Assembly (NCBI GenBank): GCA_010909165.1
Contig: MU008182.1
Coordinates: 310,001-374,000, forward strand
From: Anthoceros angustus
Lineage: Eukaryota; Plantae; Anthocerotophyta
DNA: 64,000 nucleotides
Reading direction: 5' to 3'
Shown here piece after piece: positions 11,230 to 24,600 of the stretch. A model generated the notes under the pieces. It saw nothing but the letters and a program-made list of their open reading frames with translations, was not told where the DNA came from and ran no database searches. The position numbers and the translations under genes were made by a program. How positions within the stretch are numbered: position 1 is the stretch's first letter; each line of letters starts with the position of its first letter.

Positions 11230-14200
11230 GATAATTAGGATTATATGTGGAACGCTGAAAATTTTGATTGGGGAAGCCACGCCCCCTGCCACGTCCTCGA
11301 AAGCCCCCTCTGCCTCGAGAAGTGAACAAAATTCTCGAGTTTGATTGACCACTTGAGCTGGCCTTCATCTTATTAAGGCCACGAGTCCTCTCCTCCGCTA
11401 GAAGAGCTCCAAACACCTCCTGAAGTGTAATAGCAGGAGTTGCACCTGCAACTGTTGATTGACCTGCCGTTCTGATAATGGCACTCTGTGCGCTTACAAA
11501 AGATTGATATGCTTCAGGTAGGGTTGCAAGTAGGCTGACAGCAGCCTGAACTTCAGTCAAATTTGTTCCACAATATGAAAGGTTAGCACGACAAGTGCGA
11601 AACCGGTTAATATAAGACTCCACGGGCTCGTTATCTTTCATGCGGAGGCTGAAAAAATCCCTGAATGCTTGAACAAGGGAAGCCGAGCTCCTGTCCTTAT
11701 AAATCATCTTAAAGTTATTCCACATCACTTGAAGTGGCACCCAAAGTGTGTGTCATCATGTTCGATCTAGGCGGAAATAATAATAGTTCTTGCACGCTGT
11801 TCTTTCGTTGCCAATCCAAAACGACATCGAGGCGGCTCCCGGAGCGAGTTCGCACCATCTACAACCCCCATCAATTCGTTTTCTTCTAAAATCTGCGACA
11901 CTCTCATTGCCCATATGGTGTAATCAGACCCATTAAATCTATCCTTATCCTTAAATTCTATCCTAAGAGGAGTTAGGGGAACAAGAGGGAATGAGAAGGT
12001 GCCGCCATTATATTTAATCTAGATTATGCAACTTGAGGAGAAAAATCCCATATGGAATACTCTACTACATGAGCTTCGCCTGAGTATCAAATAAACTTCC
12101 AAACAAAGTATTTGATGCTTGACTACCATCACATCATAGGTCGAAGCATAAAAACTACACCATAAAATGGTTAGAACCGGGACAAAATCGTCTCGACAAT
12201 CTAGGCAGCTAGATTGGTATTGTAGCAAAACTAATACACACAAAATGCATGCGTCTAATGCCTAAAAAAACATATTTAATAGCCCTTTTAATTAATTAAT
12301 TAATTAATTAATTAATTTTTTTGATCTGGTGAATTATGAGGCTTCCTAGCAAGACTCTCTCCACAGAAAAAAAACAAAATTAAAAACAAGATATTCTGGC
12401 CTTTATAGATTTCAGAAAAGCTTATTAGCATAGAATCTCGAAAGATGCCAAAAGATGCCGTTTTATGCTCCATCTTCCTTCTCCACCGCGACGCGAGGCG
12501 ATGAGTGGATTCCTCTGAGGGGCGGGATGTCGCCCCGATCCTCCATGGAGGCTCCTCCTCCTCTCCTGCTGCTGCGCTGCTCGGCTATGGCTCCCTCGCC
12601 GCGCGTGTTGTGAGACCAGCCAATCGCGAGCCCCTCCCTCGACCGGTTCCTTTGGCTGCAGATTTCGCCATGCCGCCACCGCACGCCGATTGCACTCGCC
12701 CCATTTGCTGGATTGCTTTGAGGCGTGGCGGCACTGGCGCACGCAGCCTCACGATTGCCTCATACACCCTCGCCCAGACGCGCATGCACATAACCCCAGC
12801 AGTAGCGAGCCCGACCGGTAGATCGAAATGTTGGTTGTTTGATCATTGATTGCTGCTTGCTTAGAGGTGTGCTTGTTTGCATTCTTACTGCTGCATGCTG
12901 ATTGCTGCTTGCTTTCTGATTGCTTTCTTGTTTAGCGTTCTAGGATCTGCAGCCTGCAGCCACATTCATACAGTCTACACAGGGCTAATATCCCCAACAT
13001 GAAAAACATCTTGGAAACAAATTACTTGGAAACATTTTGATGAGCGACACTTGTGCACAAGAACATCTGTTTCATTACTCAACTGGTAGCTGGTTGTGTC
13101 TCGTGTTCTAAGTTGTTTCACTTTGATTCTGATAATTAGGATTATATGTGGAACGCTGAAAATTCGATTGGGAAGCCACGCCCGCCACGTCCTCGAAAGC
13201 CCCTCTCGCCGAGAAGTGAACAAAATTCTCGAGTTTGATTGACCACTTGAGCTGGCCTTCATCTTATTAAGGCCACGAGTCCTCTCCTCCGCTAGAAGAG
13301 CTCCAAACACCTCAAGTGTAATAGCGAGTTGCACGCAATCGCTGATTGACTGCCGTTCGATAATGGCACTGCGGCGCTTACAAAAGATTGATATGCTTCG
13401 TAGGGTTGCAAGTAGGTCGTGACTGAACTTCACCAAATTTGTTCCACAATATGAAAGGTTAGCACGACAAGTGCGAAACCGGTTAATATAAGACTCCACG
13501 GGCTCGTTATCTTTCATGCGGAGGCTGAAAAAATCCCTGAATGCTTGAACAAGGGAAGCCGAGCTCCTGTCCTTATAAATCATCTTAAAGTTATTCCACA
13601 CATCACTTGAAGTGGCAGCACCCAAAGTGTGTGTCATCATGTTCCGATCTAGAGCGGAAATAATAATAGTTCTTGCACGTCTGTTCTTTCGTTGCCAATC
13701 CAAAACGACATCAGGGGCGGCTCAGGGGAGAAGTTCAGACCCATCTACAACCCCCATTAATTTTTTTTCTTCTAAAATCTACGACACTCTCATACCCAAA
13801 TGGTGTAATCTGACCCATTAAATCTATCCGAGTTAGGGGAACAAGAGGGGAATGAGAAGGTGCCGCCATTATATTTAATCTAAATTGTACAGCTTGAGGA
13901 GAAAAATCCCATATGGAATACTCTACTACATGAGTTTCTGCCTCTGGAGTATCAAATAAACTTCCAAACAAAGTATTTAATGCTTGACTACCATCACTGT
14001 CATCAGCGGGGTCAGAAAGCATAAAAAATACACCATAAAAATGATTAGAACCAGGACAAAGTACGTCTACAACAATCTAGGCAGCTAGATTGGTATTGTA
14101 GCAAAAACTAATACACACAAAATGCATGCGTCTAATGCTTAAAAAACATTTAATAGCCCCTTTTTAATTAATAAATTAATAAATTAATTTTTTTTGATCT

Positions 14201-15012
14201 GGTGAATTATGAGGCTTCCTAGCAAGACGCTCTCTATAGAAAAAAAAAAAAACAAAATTAAAAACAAGATATTCTGGCCTTTATAGATTTCCGAGAAGCC
14301 GCTTATTAGCATAGAATCTCGAAAGATGCCAAAAAGATGCCGTTTCATGCTCCATCTTCCTTCTCCACCGCTGCAGACGCGAGGCGATGGGCTGTTAGGA
14401 TTCCTCTGAGGGCGGGATGTCGCCTCGATCCTCCTGGAGGCTCCTCCTCCTCTCCTGCTGCCCGCTGGTGGCTCTCGCGCTGTTGAGACTAGCCGGGCCA
14501 ATCGCGTTGAGCCCCTCCTGCCCTGACCGGTTCCTTTGGCCTGCAGATTTCGCCATGCCGCCACCGCGCACGCCGATTGCACTCGCCCCATTTGCTGGAT
14601 TGCTTTCTCGAGGCAGCAGAAGCGGCGCATGCACGCACGCAGCCTCACGATTGCCTCATACACCCTCGCCCGACAAAGACGCATGCACATAACCCCAGCT
14701 AATACATGAGCCAACAGATTTGGAATGTTGGTTGTTTGATCATTGATTGCTTGCTTGCTTAGAGGTGTGCTTGTTTGCATTCTACCTGCATCGATTGCTC
14801 GATTGCTTTCTTGTTTAGCGTTCTAGGATCTGCAGCCTGCAGCCACATTCATACAGTCTACACAGGGCTAATATCCCCAACATGAAAAACATCTTGGAAA
14901 CAAATTACTTGGAAACATTTTGATGAGCGACACTTGTGCACAAGAACATCTGTTTTCATTACTCAACTGGGTAGCTGGTTGTGTCTCAGGTTCTAAGTTG
15001 TTTCACTTTGAT
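11230..15012. repeat. Tandem duplication, about 1.9 kb unit (5' gag plus leader/LTR-like region of copia B)
   Basis: GATAATTAGGATTATATGTGG at about 11230 and 13131. Both copies end ...GTTGTTTCACTTTGATT. ORF 12975-13703 repeats the gag of 11069-11740. Confidence 0.9.
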
Positions 15013-15109
15013 TGCAGTAATTAGTATTTCAGTTTTAGAATTTACTTTTGGTATTTGATTCTTATCTGTTGTGTGTTTCTTTTTTGTGAATCTTTCTGGT
15101 CCCCGTCGA

Positions 15110-15596
15110 GGTCTTCTAGAAGTTGGCTTTTGGTTAGTCAACGTAAAGACAAATTTTGTACATGTGAAACGACATTTTTTCTAACTCATGTCGTTTCAAA
15201 CCTAACTGCCAGCCGTAGCACCTTGGACGTATGTTCTATCTGCAACCCAAGCTTTCGAGCGGTATCTTCCGTCATGATGTTGACCCCAGACCCGGAATCC
15301 AGCTCGATTACACATCCCGCAATTTCTATCTGCAGCTCCGCGGGACCTTGATCAACCATGGCCACCATGTTTACGGCAAGGGGCCTCGGCCTAGGTTTGG
15401 GAAGGGTTCGCCTCTTCTTGGGCTGGGCTGCCTTCAGTGCCCACCGGATTTGCTGGCGGTACCGCGGATTGTCCCTGAGAAGCTGTCCAAATGTTATCAT
15501 GAACTTTTGGTAAGGTTAGCACGGATAGGCCAGGATACATCTTATCCCTTACCCTCCCAGGCTAACCCTTCCCGTCGAATCTCCTACAAGCCATAG
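15110..15596 (-). mobile_element. Ty3/gypsy gag-protease junction fragment
   Basis: ORF 15186-15500 contains the aspartic protease motif VIELDSGSGVNIM. Confidence 0.8.
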
Positions 15597-15599
15597 CCA

Positions 15600-17231
15600 A
15601 ATACCTAATTGTGCAAACCAACCTAAATGCATTCAGGCATGCATTTTGCTATTAGAGCCATAGCCCTAACAGCACTTGTATTACCTGTATGTCCTCACGG
15701 TCGATAGAAGCATTATTGGATGCACTAGCATTGCAATTTCAGCAGTTAAGTGTAACACCTAAACCGAAAGCCAAACCAAAACCTGCAGTACCTGTAGTAC
15801 CTACCATGTCGTCACCAACCTTCACATAGGAGATCAAGGAGAAAGATCGTTTTAATGGCAACAAATACCCTGTTTGGCATGTACGTATGAAAGCTACCTT
15901 GCTGGCTCGTGGTGTATGGACCATAATAGATGGAACTTACAAGAAACCAGATCCAGCAGCTGCTACAAAACCCACCTTTGATGAGATTGTCAAATGGGAT
16001 CTACACAATAGCATTGCCATTGCCTTGCTCATCAGTGGGCTCGATGCTGATCTTGTCCCGGATGTAGAGTTCCTCACGGAAGCCTCTGCAATATGGGCTT
16101 AGCTAGAAAGGACATATCAAAATCAAAACATGATGACATTGTGTGCAGTACAACAAGAGTACTACTCACTGCGGATGAAGGAAGGAGAAAGAGTGTCATC
16201 TTACACTAGTAAATTCATATACTTGAGAGCTCAGATTGCTTCACTAACTAGAGAGAAGATACCAGAAGTTCAGGCAGTTACAAAGCTCCTTTCCATCTTG
16301 CCTCCATCATACCATTCCTTTGTCACAACCCAGAATGGGCCGATCAAGTCTACTGGCAGCACTTCTGCAAGCACAGTCATTGTTGAAGACGTGGTTGGTG
16401 CCTTGTATCAAGAAGAGCAGACTTGCCTTATCTCCACTGGTGTTCCTAAGAACAAAGCAGAAAAGGCATTAGCAGCAGGCTTCAGACCCAACAAGGGCAA
16501 AGGCAAATACAGATCTATGGGTAAACTTGATTCTACATCTTCGTCGTCTTCCAAGAGTCTGGAAACTGCAACTAGTGTGGTATTCCGGGTCATTGGGCTC
16601 GAGAATGCAAGAAGAAGAAGGCAGGGTAACACCAACGCACTTCAAAGAACACTGCAAACATGGCAGTCAAGGACAAAAATCCGTCAGGTGATGCCAGAGC
16701 TATGATAAAGATCCTAACGGTTTGTCTTGCCCGTTCTTGGGCGGAGGAAGGCAGCTGGTACCTTGATTCCGGTGCGACTTCCCACATCTGCAAGAACAGG
16801 GACCAATTTTTCAGGTTAGACCTTCAAGGGGTCACACTGCTAACAAGGTGCTGCTGGGAGATGAACAGAACAAGACAAGTCTCCAAATCAAAGAGCAAGG
16901 TATTTGCAAATTTATGCATGATGGCTCCATCCTAACTTTAGAAGATGTGCTATATGTTCCTTCGATGGCAAAGAACCTCATGTCGCCGAGCAAGCTTATG
17001 AGACTCCGCATCTATGAATTGAAGGCAATGGACGACATCTGCACCTTTCACAGGAAGGTAGACCCTAACATCTGTGTGTTCAGGGGCATTCCCGACGGTG
17101 ATCTGTATAGACTGGATATTTTCTCGCACAAGCATTTTGTAGGGATGGCTTCACGAGATTCCCGACGTCTTGCACTCCTGTGGCATGCTAGGTTAGGTCA
17201 CGTTAATAAGAACAAGCTTATTGACATGTCT
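15600..17231 (+). mobile_element. Ty1/copia element A, 5' half (PBS, gag, protease, GAG-pre-integrase)
   Basis: Degenerate tRNA-iMet PBS TGCTATTAGAGCC (15647-15659) after ...GCA. gag KDRFNGNKYPVWH. Protease SWYLDSGATSHIC. LWHARLGH. Homology stops abruptly at ATG TCT (17231). Confidence 0.9.
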
Positions 17232-17295
17232 CTGATGAGAATCATACACAAGCTCAAGCAATATGTGTTGCATTAATTCATAATAGAAAGTACAT

Positions 17296-17458
17296 GCCTT
17301 TATGCAGGCAAGGTTGTTGTAACCGTTAAGTGGTTGTAACAACTAACCAATTAAATAACTACTAGAAGAAACTACTTAGTGCCCTGAGGACTAAATTAAT
17401 TATTAAGTCCTAGGTGCCCTAGTGAAGAGTGCCCTATTAGTAGGCTATTTTATCACTC
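17296..17458 (+). repeat. 163-bp inverted duplication, left copy (right copy 20692-20854)
   Basis: Reverse complement of 20692-20854 with 4 substitutions and no indels (counted by eye). Confidence 0.95.
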
Positions 17459-18415
17459 CCACTCACTATGAACTAGGGGTGATTTTATGACCAAAAAAGG
17501 GTCAAGGAAAACTAGTCTAGCAAAAACTAGTCCCTAACTAAACTTTACTTAAAAGCATTAAGTAAAACTTAAAGTGAAAAATGAAAATAATAATCACCAT
17601 TAAAATAACTCCCACTTAAGGAGAATTGAGGTGAGAAACTAATAACCCAACTTTAAGTAATTAGGTTGGATTAAAACTAATTAAAAGTATTTAATGGAAT
17701 TTATAAATAGAGAAATTCCAGAAAATATAATAGCATAATTTCCAAAAAGGAAAATACAAAGGATAATAGGTAATACCCCTCCTTCCTCCTTTTCGCGATT
17801 CGCGATTCTGACAGTTCTGTAGTTTTGGTACATGCAGGTCTGATGGTGATGGCGACAGCGATGGCCACCCGAAGCAAGGCGCGCCTAATCCTGCCCACGG
17901 GAGGCGCCCGTGGGCGCCATCGCCGCGCTCACCACGCCCCTCTCCGCCGCGCCATCGTAGGCCGTGCAGGCCCTCCTAGCGCCCAGTCTGTCCGGGCGTC
18001 CTTGCAGGCGAGGGACACCCATGGGCGTTTTGCAGGGTGCTCTAATAGGAAAGACAAGAGGGCGCCCTACCTGCAGATGCCCATAGTCGGGTTCATGCTG
18101 CCAATGAAGAGTCTTTGCCTCCACAGACGTCGTCTCTCCTGCAGCCTTTCAAAAAGAAGACTCCTGCATTGATCATTGATCTGACCTCATCCTCAGAGGA
18201 TGAAGTTGAAACAGAAGTGCCTCAGGATCCTACACAGGACACGTTCCAGCCTGAAGAAGAAACGCTTGCTGTCCAGAAATGTAAGATTGTGCCTTCAGAA
18301 TTTGCCATTTCTCCTAGGATGCACAGATTGTAAAGCAACTGCTGGATATGTCCACCAAAGGGGGGAAGCACAGCCTAGTTGACGAGGCGCCACCCCCTTC
18401 AATCAATGATGCTCT
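17335..18415 (+). mobile_element. LTR-like family Z terminus (TGTAAC...) plus downstream GC-rich and acidic ORF relic; second diverged terminus at 38327-38580
   Basis: Starts TGTAACAACTAACC. Shares AAACTACTTAGTGCCCT and TTTTATCACTCCCACTCACTATGAA with 38327-38470. ORF 18115-18333 has IIDLTSSSEDE. Confidence 0.55.
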
Positions 18416-18597
18416 TGCCACCTCAACATCCACTTGTATCTTCTAGATCTTTCAACCAAAGTGCAGTTGACAATAATGTTTACAGGCTGGCAAGAGGACA
18501 GGAGTATATTGTCATTGCCTTGTACGTTGATGACGTGATCTTAGCTGCCCATAGCAATAAGCTGTTAGAAGAAGGTAAGGCTATGCTAAGCACTTAA
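18416..18597 (+). mobile_element. Copia A RT continuation (FNQSAVDN...YVDD), re-inverted
   Basis: ORF 18379-18597 carries the RT segment that should follow ...RVWSA at 19007-19011. TGCCA/TGGCA inverted microhomology at the two ends. Confidence 0.8.
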
Positions 18598-19006
18598 ACC
18601 TAAGGTGAGTATGTATACTTTAATTTCCTGGTCACCTTTTGGTAGTAGTCCTGGCTTATAATAGCCCATGTTTTTGTCTTTAATGCACTTAGGGAAACAA
18701 AATGTGTTTACAGCCGCATCAACTGCAGAAAATTTATGCTAGGTTATTATCGATCCTAAAATCCACATAGAAATTAGGATATTTAAATACTGAATAACCT
18801 TTAATTAATGTATTCCACCTTTTCCTGCCCTTCTTTGTCGTATCCTCCCTATGCCGTCTCCACCCATCTGCCTGCAGACGTCAGCCACACAACCATGTCA
18901 GCCTTTCGTTTATCCATAAAACTGTTAGCACCCCTGCAATCCATTTTTGCTATAGCTTCTTCTTAGAAACATATTGTAGGCAGCAAGCTTTCCCTACAAG
19001 CACATT

Positions 19007-20691
19007 TGGCAGACCAAACTCTACCACTTTGCTTCAGACCATAGATGGTCTTGAGAAGTTTGTATACTCTCTTAGGGTAAGTTTTATCTTCATAGCCCTC
19101 GGGTTGAGTCATGTAAAGGTCCTCGTCTAGTGCCTTATACCTAGCTATCTCACCCTTCTCGTTTAATTTTAGCTTAAAGACCCACTCGCAGGAAATGGGT
19201 TTTCTGTCAGATGGAAGATCGACCAATTTCCAGGTCTGGTTCTTTACAAGACTGTTGAACTCATCATCTACAACAAACTTCTATTTTTCCTTCTTTGGAC
19301 TTGTGAAAGCTTCTGTGAGTGACTTGGGTTCTAAGTGCACTAATGTGGATGCAGCATGAACAGCTTGGGCATATGAGGTGCGGAAATCAATAGACTCATA
19401 TATGGGCTCCTTCCACTGTTCAGGTGGTGGCCTATTTCTAGTAGACCTTCTCAAAGGAGGATCACCCTGTACAGGAGCGACAGCCTGTTCATGTTCTGGT
19501 TGTTCTTCGAAATCAGCTGCTGCAGCAAATAGATCTAGGTCATCTTCATCAGCAGGGATCTCTAGGCCATGTCCATCTACAAGATCCTGAATTTCCTGTT
19601 CTTGGTTATTATCATTAGGATTGATATCCTCATTTAGATTTCCTGGATTTGCAGCATCTTGATTGGCAATAGCATCTTTACCATCATCAACAGCATCTTG
19701 GCCATTTCCAACAGCATCCTGACCATTTGCAACTTGTTGCATCGCTGGAGCTGGAGCTGGTGGAGGGATATAATCACCAGTTGCTTCATCAGGGAAGTCA
19801 AAATCAGAGGTTTCATTGCTGATGGGTATGGCTCCCTCTGAAGTCAGTATGTGATCCTGGTCAGTATGTGTAGGATTAATAGGCTCGATGAATGTGACAG
19901 AATGGGCTAATATCACTTTGTCATTTTCAGGGTCATAGAGCTTATAGGCCTTCACATGATTACTGTATCCGATAAAAATGAGAGCTTGGGCTCGAGCATC
20001 CAGTTTCTTTCTCTTCTCCTCTAGGATGAGAGCAAAAGCTCGGGATCCAAATACTCGTAAGTGTAGGAGGCTGGGTTTCCGCTTCCATACAACTTCATAA
20101 GGAGTTTTGGAAGGGACAAAACTGATGAAGAGGTGATTTAATATGTATGTGGCAGCAACAATAGCTTCTGCCTAGTATGTCTGTGGAAGACTAGCCCATA
20201 TCAGCATGCTGCGTATCATGGACAACAATGTTTGGTCTTTCTCTCTGCAACTCCGTTCTGTTGGGGAGTATAAGGGACTGTCAACTGACGTTGTATCTCT
20301 CTCTCTTCAAGAAAAGCATCAAAGGCTAAGTTGTTGAGCTCAGACCCATTGTCTGTCCGCAGCTGCTTTAGAAGAAGGCCAGTTTGTCTCTGAACAGTGA
20401 CTAACTACTCTTGGAAAATGACAAATGTGTCACTTTTCAGGTCACGCATCGGATAAGTCCATGTATACCTGGAGTAATCATTCGTCAAGCAGAAGTAGTA
20501 CAAGGAGCCTCCTATAGAAGGGACCTGTATCTTTCCTAAAATGTCGGCATGGACCAAATCGATCACAGCCTCTGCCCTGGAGGATGCTTCTGAAGGGAAG
20601 GGCTGTTGTTTCTGCTTGGCTAGAATGCATGCTTCACAAGAAGGTAAGGCTTTGAAACATCTGGGTAGTGGTTCCTGATGACAGCCCTAGA
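19007..20691 (-). mobile_element. Copia A 3' half (integrase and first half of RT), inverted relative to its 5' half
   Basis: Reads GCHQEPLP...CEACILAKQKQ...YTPQQNGV...ISCEWVFKLK...YGLKQSGRVWSA. This directly continues the frame broken at 17231. Confidence 0.9.
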
Positions 20692-21639
20692 GAGTGATAA
20701 AATAGCTTACTATTAGGGCACTCTTCACTAGGGCACCTAGGACTTAATAATTAATTTAGTCCTTAGGGCACTAAGTAGTTTCTTCTAGTAGTTATTTAAT
20801 TGGTTAGTTGTTACAACCACTTAACGGTTACAACAACCTTGCCTACATAAAGGCTAGATGGATTGTGTTTATCCTAGAATTGCTATCTTTGCATGTATTC
20901 TTTTTATGCTAACATTTCTCTTATAACAATGCTTTTATGCACTAATTCTTTGTCTTTCCTCCATGGATTTGTGTTCCCTTAGAAGGAGGAGGCATAGAGT
21001 TAAGAAAGAGATAGTCCTGCAAGACAACAAGAACAAATTAGGAGTCCAACACATAGAAGCAATAGAAGACAACAAGCTATAGAGGAGAGATAGTAGAAAC
21101 CTCCTCTTGTATAGCAAACTTCATTGCATCTATTTTAATTTCTAAACCGGATCAAGGGAAGTTTATCAAGCTAGCTAGACGTGATTTGCTAGAAGTTTTA
21201 GTCCAATTCACGTCAAGGCATTAGAATTAGCTCTCCAACATATCCCAAATTTGAATCTGGTATTAGTACTCCTTTATCTTCTAGTCGCAAGACAAAATAG
21301 CATAGAAACTCTTAGATTTCAAGAAATTGATAGTCAATTAGCAACTCTTAGAATCCAATCCTTTGATCTTAAGGAGAATTATCTGAATTAAGGACAAAAT
21401 TGTCTATTCTCTCTAAGGTTGATAATGCGCAGATTTGAGAGCATGCTATCATCATCCGAATCGATTATGATGCAAGAGAAGAGTTTCGCATGCAATAGAA
21501 GATGAGAGATCGAGGCCTAGTCCTCTAAATCACCTACAATGGCTGGAGTGATCAATAATGAAGAACAAACTGTTCCTAATTCCCCATTGGGTAATGATAA
21601 TGCTAACACTTCATTGCATTATCATTATGGTGATGCTTC

Positions 21640-24600
21640 AAAGAGAAAGATAGATTCAATGGAAGGGATTATGACATCCGGTCATTGAGAATGCGAGGAG
21701 CTTTGCGGCAAAGAGACCTTTGGGGCATCGTCGATGGATCAATTCCAAGGCCACACGCCCGATTTGAACGTGAACTTCAACCTTCCGGGACGCGACGAGA
21801 AGGCACAAGATTTATTGGTCTGGACTTTCTCAACATATGGTGAGACATGTCGCACGCAAAGACCTCCAAGGATATGTGGACTCACCTTGCTCAATTATAT
21901 TCATCTCGAGATGTAATGAGTATTGTTGCACTTCACGTAACTTCCGCAACCTCTCAATGAAGGAGTCCGACACCATCGAACATCATGTTAATGCATTTCG
22001 ATTGGCACGATCCCATTTGGAATCTTCAATGGCGTACCTATCTCGAGATGGAGGCTTACGTCATTCTCTTATCTTCATTGCCACCTTCTTATAGGGCTTT
22101 CATTACAACTCAAAATGCGTGATTCAATGTCGAAAAGTCAGATGAAGATCCAAATGAAGAGCCGGACATCGGTGTTTCGAACTTATTGGAGCATTGCTGG
22201 AGGAGGCAAGCGACGTCATCATCACTCCAGCCAACAAGCAAGCGGTGATGTATTCACAAAGGGGTAGAGGAAGAGGACGGGGAGGCCGAGGTTCTACTTT
22301 CCAACGACCCCATATCCTGCACATACTTTCCATGATGGAGAGGCATCTTCTTCAACACCGCAAGAGGTAACAAGAAGATGGGATTATATGTAATTGGTGC
22401 GTAATCCAAATCACATGGAAAAGGATTGTCGTGAAGAAGAAGAATGGGAACCTCGCAAGGAGGCCCCACCGAGCTAACATTGCACAAGAAACAATCTTCC
22501 TCAACTCCAGCGTGCTCACTGTGTGCTTGGCTTCTTCCAAGCCCTCCAATACCTCATGGTACTTAGAAGTGGAGCTACTTCACATATTTGTTACAGAAAC
22601 TCTTTTGAGTCTTACTCACCACCAGTGACATCGTCTCCCGAGATGATCACAACCTACCCATAGGTGTCGGTGTTGTATTCAAGTGTGATTCGGTCGTTCT
22701 TCATCTTCATCAAGTCCTCCATGTTCCTTCAATGTGCAAGAATCTAGTATCACCGCAAGTCTTTGTCAAGAACACACTGCGGTGATCCTTTATGAGATAG
22801 TTGTCTTCTCTCTTTCATAAGTGATAGAAACTATACAATCTGCAGCACTTTAGATGATGGTCTCTATAGATTGTCGACAAGTGGGAGCCACCCATTCTCG
22901 CTAATGTTGCCATTCCAAACCCAGTGACACCTACCCAAACCATGCTTTGGCATTGTCGCCTTGGTCATCCTAATAGTCAAAATTAATCCAAATGTCTAAG
23001 GGAGCTTTATATAGAACCCTTGCCTTGCAAAGGTTGAACACCTACCTTGGTGCGAATCTTGTGTCCTCACTAAACGACATCAAGAGCCTTTCAAAATAAA
23101 TCTCCACAAAGGGCCAAGTCACCTTTAGAGATAGTGCACAGACATTGTGGACCCTTGTCTACACCTCCTTTAGTGGTAGTAGATATTTTTGACCTTCACA
23201 GATGATTTCTCTCGCTTTGTCTTTTCCTACATCCGAAAACAAGAGTGATGCCTTTCACTTCTTCAAGGACTACATGAAATGGGTGAGAGACTTACGGATC
23301 ACAAACTCAAGACCTTACGTCCGACAATGGTGGAGAGTTTACATCATCGAATTTGAGGATTTTGTCGAGTGAAGGTATAGCTCAACAACTTACGATTGTC
23401 TACACTCCTCAACAAAATGGCGTAGCCGAGAACAAGAATCTATGCCTTCAAGAGATCACAGGTTGCTTATTGGTACAAGCTAAGTTATCTAAGGCTTATT
23501 GGGCTGAGGCTCTCCTCACAGTAACCTATCTCATGAATCGATTGCCTACATCAGCAGTTCAAGGTATGACTCCATATGAAGCATTCATTGGCAAGAAGCC
23601 TTCTATTGACCACCTTCGAATTTTTGGATCCCCGACATATGTTTTTATTCCCAAAGCATTGCGTAAGAAGTTGGATCCCAAAGCAAGTACACTTTCATTG
23701 GCTACACCAAGGTATCAAAGGTACAAATTGTTCAACCCTTCTACAAGGCAACTTTTATACGCCCGAGTGTTACTTTTCATGAGTCTTACCTCTTTTCCCC
23801 ACGTGGGAGCTGATATTGGTCCTCCTCTTGATGAGACCATTGACCCTTCTTATTTTGATGATATGATTATTTCACTCCATTTCCCATTCGCTTCTCGTGT
23901 TCCTTTAGTTGAACCTATTATGCGGAGGAGGAGGAGTTAGCATCTATTCCACAACTGGTACAACTCAACGACTAACTCGATGTTGACATCCCAGAGGCGC
24001 CTTGACACTCATGATGATGAGTTTGATGACCCTCTGGAGGATGACATTGTGGAGCCAGCAGATCCTCGTTGATCCCGCCTCCGTGGATGATGCACTGCAC
24101 AAAGGTACAACCTTAGATCCCGACCTACTATCTCAGTCCTGCAGTTGGAAGGAACCTCCTTTAGGATACCTAGCTGTTTTGATGATCCTATACCCCTATA
24201 TCACTTTATTCTCAAGCTGTACAAGGCAACTATAGACCCGGAAGAACCTCTTACCTTAAAACAAGCTTTCTCTTCTCCGAAAAAGACTTATGGAAGGTAG
24301 TCAGAGATCAATATAATTCCCTAGTTAATAACTCTACATGGAATTGGTCAAACCACCTAGGGGTAGGAAGATAGTAACCAGCAAATGGGTATTCAAAATT
24401 AAAAGAAAAGGAGATGGTTCTATAGAAAGGTATAAGGCACGCCTAGTAGCGAGGTTTTACACAAATTCTGGTCTAGATTACATACCTTGGGCCACTTATG
24501 CCCCAAGAGCCAAATTTGCCACACTTCGAATGATATTTGCTTTATGTGCCCAACATGATCTTGAACTCCACATGATGGATGTTAAGACAACATATTTGTA

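Larger units (their letters stand above)
6085..12150 (-). mobile_element. Ty1/copia element B (gag-protease-GAG-pre-integrase-integrase-RT-RNase H), frameshifted
   Basis: gag with zinc knuckle CHWCKIPGHIEKNC (11069-11740). Protease LDSWSYYHIC and LWHCRLAHIN (10415-11065). Integrase DDNGGEY/QNSFAERKNRTL (9925-10278). RT YVDD/FDMTDLG (8534-8863). RNase H LWCDNQS, truncated at about 6085. Confidence 0.95.

Noticed and set aside
12019-12960. Defined LTR boundary and PBS for copia B
   Set aside because: No TGG-type or half-tRNA PBS and no matching 3' LTR could be found, so the boundary is left unassigned.
17296-20854. Pack-MULE or other DNA transposon with 163-bp TIRs
   Set aside because: No TSD is present, and the enclosed copia sequence continues the frame broken outside the left repeat, which an inversion explains better.
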